Assembly (NCBI GenBank): GCA_958296135.2
Contig: CATQHZ020000001.1
Coordinates: 3,200,001 to 3,264,000 of the forward strand
Origin: an uncultured Poribacteria bacterium
GTDB lineage: Bacteria > Poribacteria > WGA-4E > WGA-3G
Length of the DNA stretch: 64,000 nt
Reading direction: 5' to 3'
In this document: positions 61,059 through 64,000 of the stretch, piece after piece
How the letters are laid out: every line of letters starts with the position of its first letter
Position numbering within the stretch: the first letter of the stretch is position 1
Made by a program: the position numbers and the translations under genes
Notes under the pieces: generated by a model
The model's input: the letters and a program-made list of their open reading frames with translations, nothing else
What the model was told of the DNA's origin: nothing
Database searches by the model: none

Positions 61059-61733
61059 TTATGCCGCGCTCAGACGGCTCACGACAATATAACTGCGCAG
61101 GGATGATGCGTTTGTATCTTGACCGGAAAAAACAGCTTCCACTGCGCCGCCGAGCGCGTTTAGCCTCTTTTGACTGTCCCGAATTTCTGCATGGGTATCC
61201 TCACCGGACTTGTAAGCCACCCACTTACCGTTCGGTTTTAGCAGCGGCACGCAGTATGCCGCGGATTCAGTGAGTGAGGCGACGTAACGCGTCACAACCC
61301 AATCATAGGCACCGGTGTGTGCCGGTTGTCGCGCGCAGTCTTCTGCGCGTGATGCCAAGACGAGCGTCCCATCTAATCGCAATTGCGCAATGAGAAATTT
61401 GAGGAAACTTACCTTCTTCTGTGACGCTTCAACGAGGGTTAACCGGATGTCGGGGACGTAGATTTTAAGCACAATCCCCGGAAACCCCGCGCCTGTGCCG
61501 ATATCAATGACAGCGTCATCGGCGTTCAGGGTGATATGGTTTAGCACCCTGAGCGAGTCAAGAAAGTGTTTCTCCAGTATTTCCTCATCTTCAGTGATAG
61601 CGGTGAGGTTCATTGCCGCGTTCCACCGACGCAATTCGGCGCGATACCGCGTGAGTTGTTCTACCTGCCGCGCGCCTAGGGGAAACTGGTTTCGTCTGAA
61701 CGTCTGTTTTAACTGTTCCGCGAATAGGGACAT
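61059..61733 (-). CDS. rsmG: 16S rRNA m7G527 methyltransferase
   Basis: NLTAI, HFLDS, DIGTGAGFPG. Confidence 0.95.
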   Translation of the reverse strand: MSLFAEQLKQTFRRNQFPLGARQVEQLTRYRAELRRWNAAMNLTAITEDEEILEKHFLDSLRVLNHITLNADDAVIDIGTGAGFPGIVLKIYVPDIRLTLVEASQKKVSFLKFLIAQLRLDGTLVLASRAEDCARQPAHTGAYDWVVTRYVASLTESAAYCVPLLKPNGKWVAYKSGEDTHAEIRDSQKRLNALGGAVEAVFSGQDTNASSLRSYIVVSRLSAA

Positions 61734-61795
61734 CTATTAACATTTTGGCGGACCGATATAGAAATCCGCCCTTACACGCAAGGGAACTTTCCTTT

Positions 61796-63712
61796 TCAGA
61801 CGTTCCTTTTCTGTTGGTGCAGCATCACCGTCAAAATAGAGATGTCTGCCGGGGAAACGCCGGGCAGACGGGAAGCTTGTCCGATAGATGCAGGGCGAAT
61901 TCTTGCGAGTTTCTCGCGTGCCTCTATCTTTAACCCCGGAACGTCGGCGTAGTCAAATGCTTCCGGAATCGGGAAATTTTCCAATTTCTTAAACTGTTGG
62001 ATTTGTCGCTGCTGCCGTTGGATGTACCCATGGTATTTAATCTGGATTTCCACCTGTTCCTTAACAGCAGGTGGTAGGGCATCCTGTGGTGGCGCGAGTC
62101 GTGCGATCTGTTCGTAGCGAAGCGCGGGACGTTTCAGGAGTTCTGCCAACGACGTAGGCTGCTTGAGTTGCCCAGTCTCAAGAATATTCGCGAGCACCGC
62201 GCTACTGAGACGCTCAGGAGTCGGCTTCAGCACGGTTTGCTGCAGCCGCGCGCGTTCGCTCTGGATTTGCGCGGCTTTCGTCTGGAACCGGCGATAGGCA
62301 CCGTCATCAACGAGTCCTATCTGTCTTCCGAGTTCGGTGAGCCGCAAATCAGCGTTGTCTTCCCGTAATGTCAACCGATACTCGGCACGCGAGGTGAACA
62401 TACGGTAAGGTTCACGGATGTCCCTTGAAACCAGATCATCGATGAGCACGGCGATGTATGCCTGGGCTCTATCCAGAACAAACGGTTCCTTTCGCTGCAC
62501 CTTTAAGGCGGCATTGATACCAGCCATCAGGCCCTGCGCAGCGGCTTCTTCGTAACCGGTGGTGCCATTGAGTTGTCCTGCGAAGTAGAGGTTTTCGACT
62601 TGCTTCGTTTCAAGCGTGGGCTTGAGCTGGGTCGCGGGGGCGAAGTCGTACTCAACAGCATACCCGAACCGCATGATTTCGGCGTTCTCTAATCCGCTGA
62701 TGCTATGCACCATGGCTACTTGCACGTCTTCGGGCAAACTGGCAGAGATACCGTTGAGGTAAATTTCATCGGTGTTGCGTCCCTCAGGTTCAACGAAGAC
62801 CTGGTGTGCAGTCTTCTCGGCGAACCGGACGACTTTGTCCTCAATTGAGGGGCAATACCGGGGGCCAATACCGACGATGCGGCCGCTATACATTGCGGAA
62901 CGGTGAAGATTCTCCCGAATCAGTTGGTGCGTCTTCTCATTGGTATGCGTGAGATAACAAGGTAACTGCGGCTGCGTAATGCGCTCTGTTGAAAATGAGA
63001 AGGGCCCCGGGTCTTCATCGCCGGGCTGAATGTCCATGACGCTGAAATCGACGGTGTGCGCATTGACGCGCGGCGGCGTGCCCGTTTTGAGCCGGCCAAT
63101 CTCAAAGCCGAGACTTAAAAAACTCTCGGAAAGTTTCTCTGCCGCGGATTCCCCTGCGCGGCCGGCACTGTAGGATATGTCCCCAATGTGAATTAGGCCT
63201 TTCAGGAAGGTGCCTGTCGTGAGAATCACTGTCTCGGCTAGATAGGCGGTTTTCGTCTGGCTCAGAATGCCGAGGCAGCGTCCATCTTCGACGAGCAATT
63301 CTTCCACCAATACCTGCTTGATGTCAAGCCGTTCTTGCGTCTCTAGGACGCGCTTCATTTCATCCTGATACGCCTTTTTGTCAGCCTGTGCGCGGCTCGC
63401 TCGCACCGCGGGGCCCTTTTTGGTATTCAAGCGTCGGAATTGAATCCCGGTCTTGTCAATATTTTTTGCCATCTCGCCACCGAGCGCGTCTATCTCTTTG
63501 ACGAGATGCCCCTTCGCCAACCCACCGATGGCAGGGTTGCAAGACATCTTGGCGATAGTATCCAGGTTGATAGTCACAACGAGCGTTTCACAGCCCATGC
63601 GCGCGGCGGCAAGAGCGGCTTCACAGCCCGCATGGCCAGCACCGACAACGATGACATCGTAACGTTTTTCGTATTTCGCAATGCGTTGAGTTAGGGTTGT
63701 TTGTGTAATCAT
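61796..63712 (-). CDS. mnmG: tRNA uridine 5-carboxymethylaminomethyl modification enzyme
   Basis: GAGHAG, SCNPAIGG, GPRYCPSIEDK, EPYRMFTSRAE. Confidence 0.98.
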   Translation of the reverse strand: MITQTTLTQRIAKYEKRYDVIVVGAGHAGCEAALAAARMGCETLVVTINLDTIAKMSCNPAIGGLAKGHLVKEIDALGGEMAKNIDKTGIQFRRLNTKKGPAVRASRAQADKKAYQDEMKRVLETQERLDIKQVLVEELLVEDGRCLGILSQTKTAYLAETVILTTGTFLKGLIHIGDISYSAGRAGESAAEKLSESFLSLGFEIGRLKTGTPPRVNAHTVDFSVMDIQPGDEDPGPFSFSTERITQPQLPCYLTHTNEKTHQLIRENLHRSAMYSGRIVGIGPRYCPSIEDKVVRFAEKTAHQVFVEPEGRNTDEIYLNGISASLPEDVQVAMVHSISGLENAEIMRFGYAVEYDFAPATQLKPTLETKQVENLYFAGQLNGTTGYEEAAAQGLMAGINAALKVQRKEPFVLDRAQAYIAVLIDDLVSRDIREPYRMFTSRAEYRLTLREDNADLRLTELGRQIGLVDDGAYRRFQTKAAQIQSERARLQQTVLKPTPERLSSAVLANILETGQLKQPTSLAELLKRPALRYEQIARLAPPQDALPPAVKEQVEIQIKYHGYIQRQQRQIQQFKKLENFPIPEAFDYADVPGLKIEAREKLARIRPASIGQASRLPGVSPADISILTVMLHQQKRNV

Positions 63713-63763
63713 GTCTGGCTACGTTACCTGTTTTCGCCGTTGGCAATGTCTACGTTTCTGATT

Positions 63764-64000
63764 TCAGAGGCCTTGATAAATGACGCTGAGCACGAGAGTT
63801 CCAACAATCTCTAGGCTCTTCGGGCTACATTTGTCCACCGTATCTTCAAGCGTGTGCCAATACGGATAAGTGAAGTCTATCACATTAACCATCGGGATGC
63901 CGGCCTGAATCAATGGGACATGGTCATCCATGATTGCGGGTCCGATGCGGTGTTGAAATACGCCTAATCCGAGTTCACGAGCGCGATGCCACAAGGCCTC
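63764..64000 (-). CDS. M28 peptidase / glutaminyl cyclase-like protein, 3' part (runs off window)
   Basis: DDHVP, YPYWHTLEDT. Confidence 0.8.
   Translation of the reverse strand, partial: EALWHRARELGLGVFQHRIGPAIMDDHVPLIQAGIPMVNVIDFTYPYWHTLEDTVDKCSPKSLEIVGTLVLSVIYQGL

Overview
Bacterial chromosomal window, gene-dense and saturated with GTAG/CTAC-type REP-like palindromes. The gene mix (DUF6785-type permease, Uma2, Gfo/Idh/MocA, orphan methylases) suggests a Candidatus Poribacteria-like genome, but this is inference only. Housekeeping and metabolic genes include sat, nth, infA, a cysteine synthase, modABC, coaE, hisA, galK, a ROK kinase, rsmG and mnmG. There is also a partner-switching signalling cluster, scattered defence genes and a solo TnpB. 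The main finding is a ~1.56-kb insert (5459-7020) between nth and a membrane-protein gene. It carries a circularly permuted RuvC-family gene: codons 1-33 at one end and the remaining 185 codons at the other, around one cargo gene. Joining the ends at the shared GA(C/T)TAC restores an intact 218-aa RuvC with all catalytic residues, consistent with a small DNA circle integrated through its own nuclease gene. Other notable items: a candidate ~180-nt rod-shaped (6S-like) ncRNA, degenerate EF-Tu and AccD paralogues, an IF-1 with a long basic N-terminal extension, and many in-frame REP insertions in proteins. All family assignments come from motif recognition by eye; no database searches were run.
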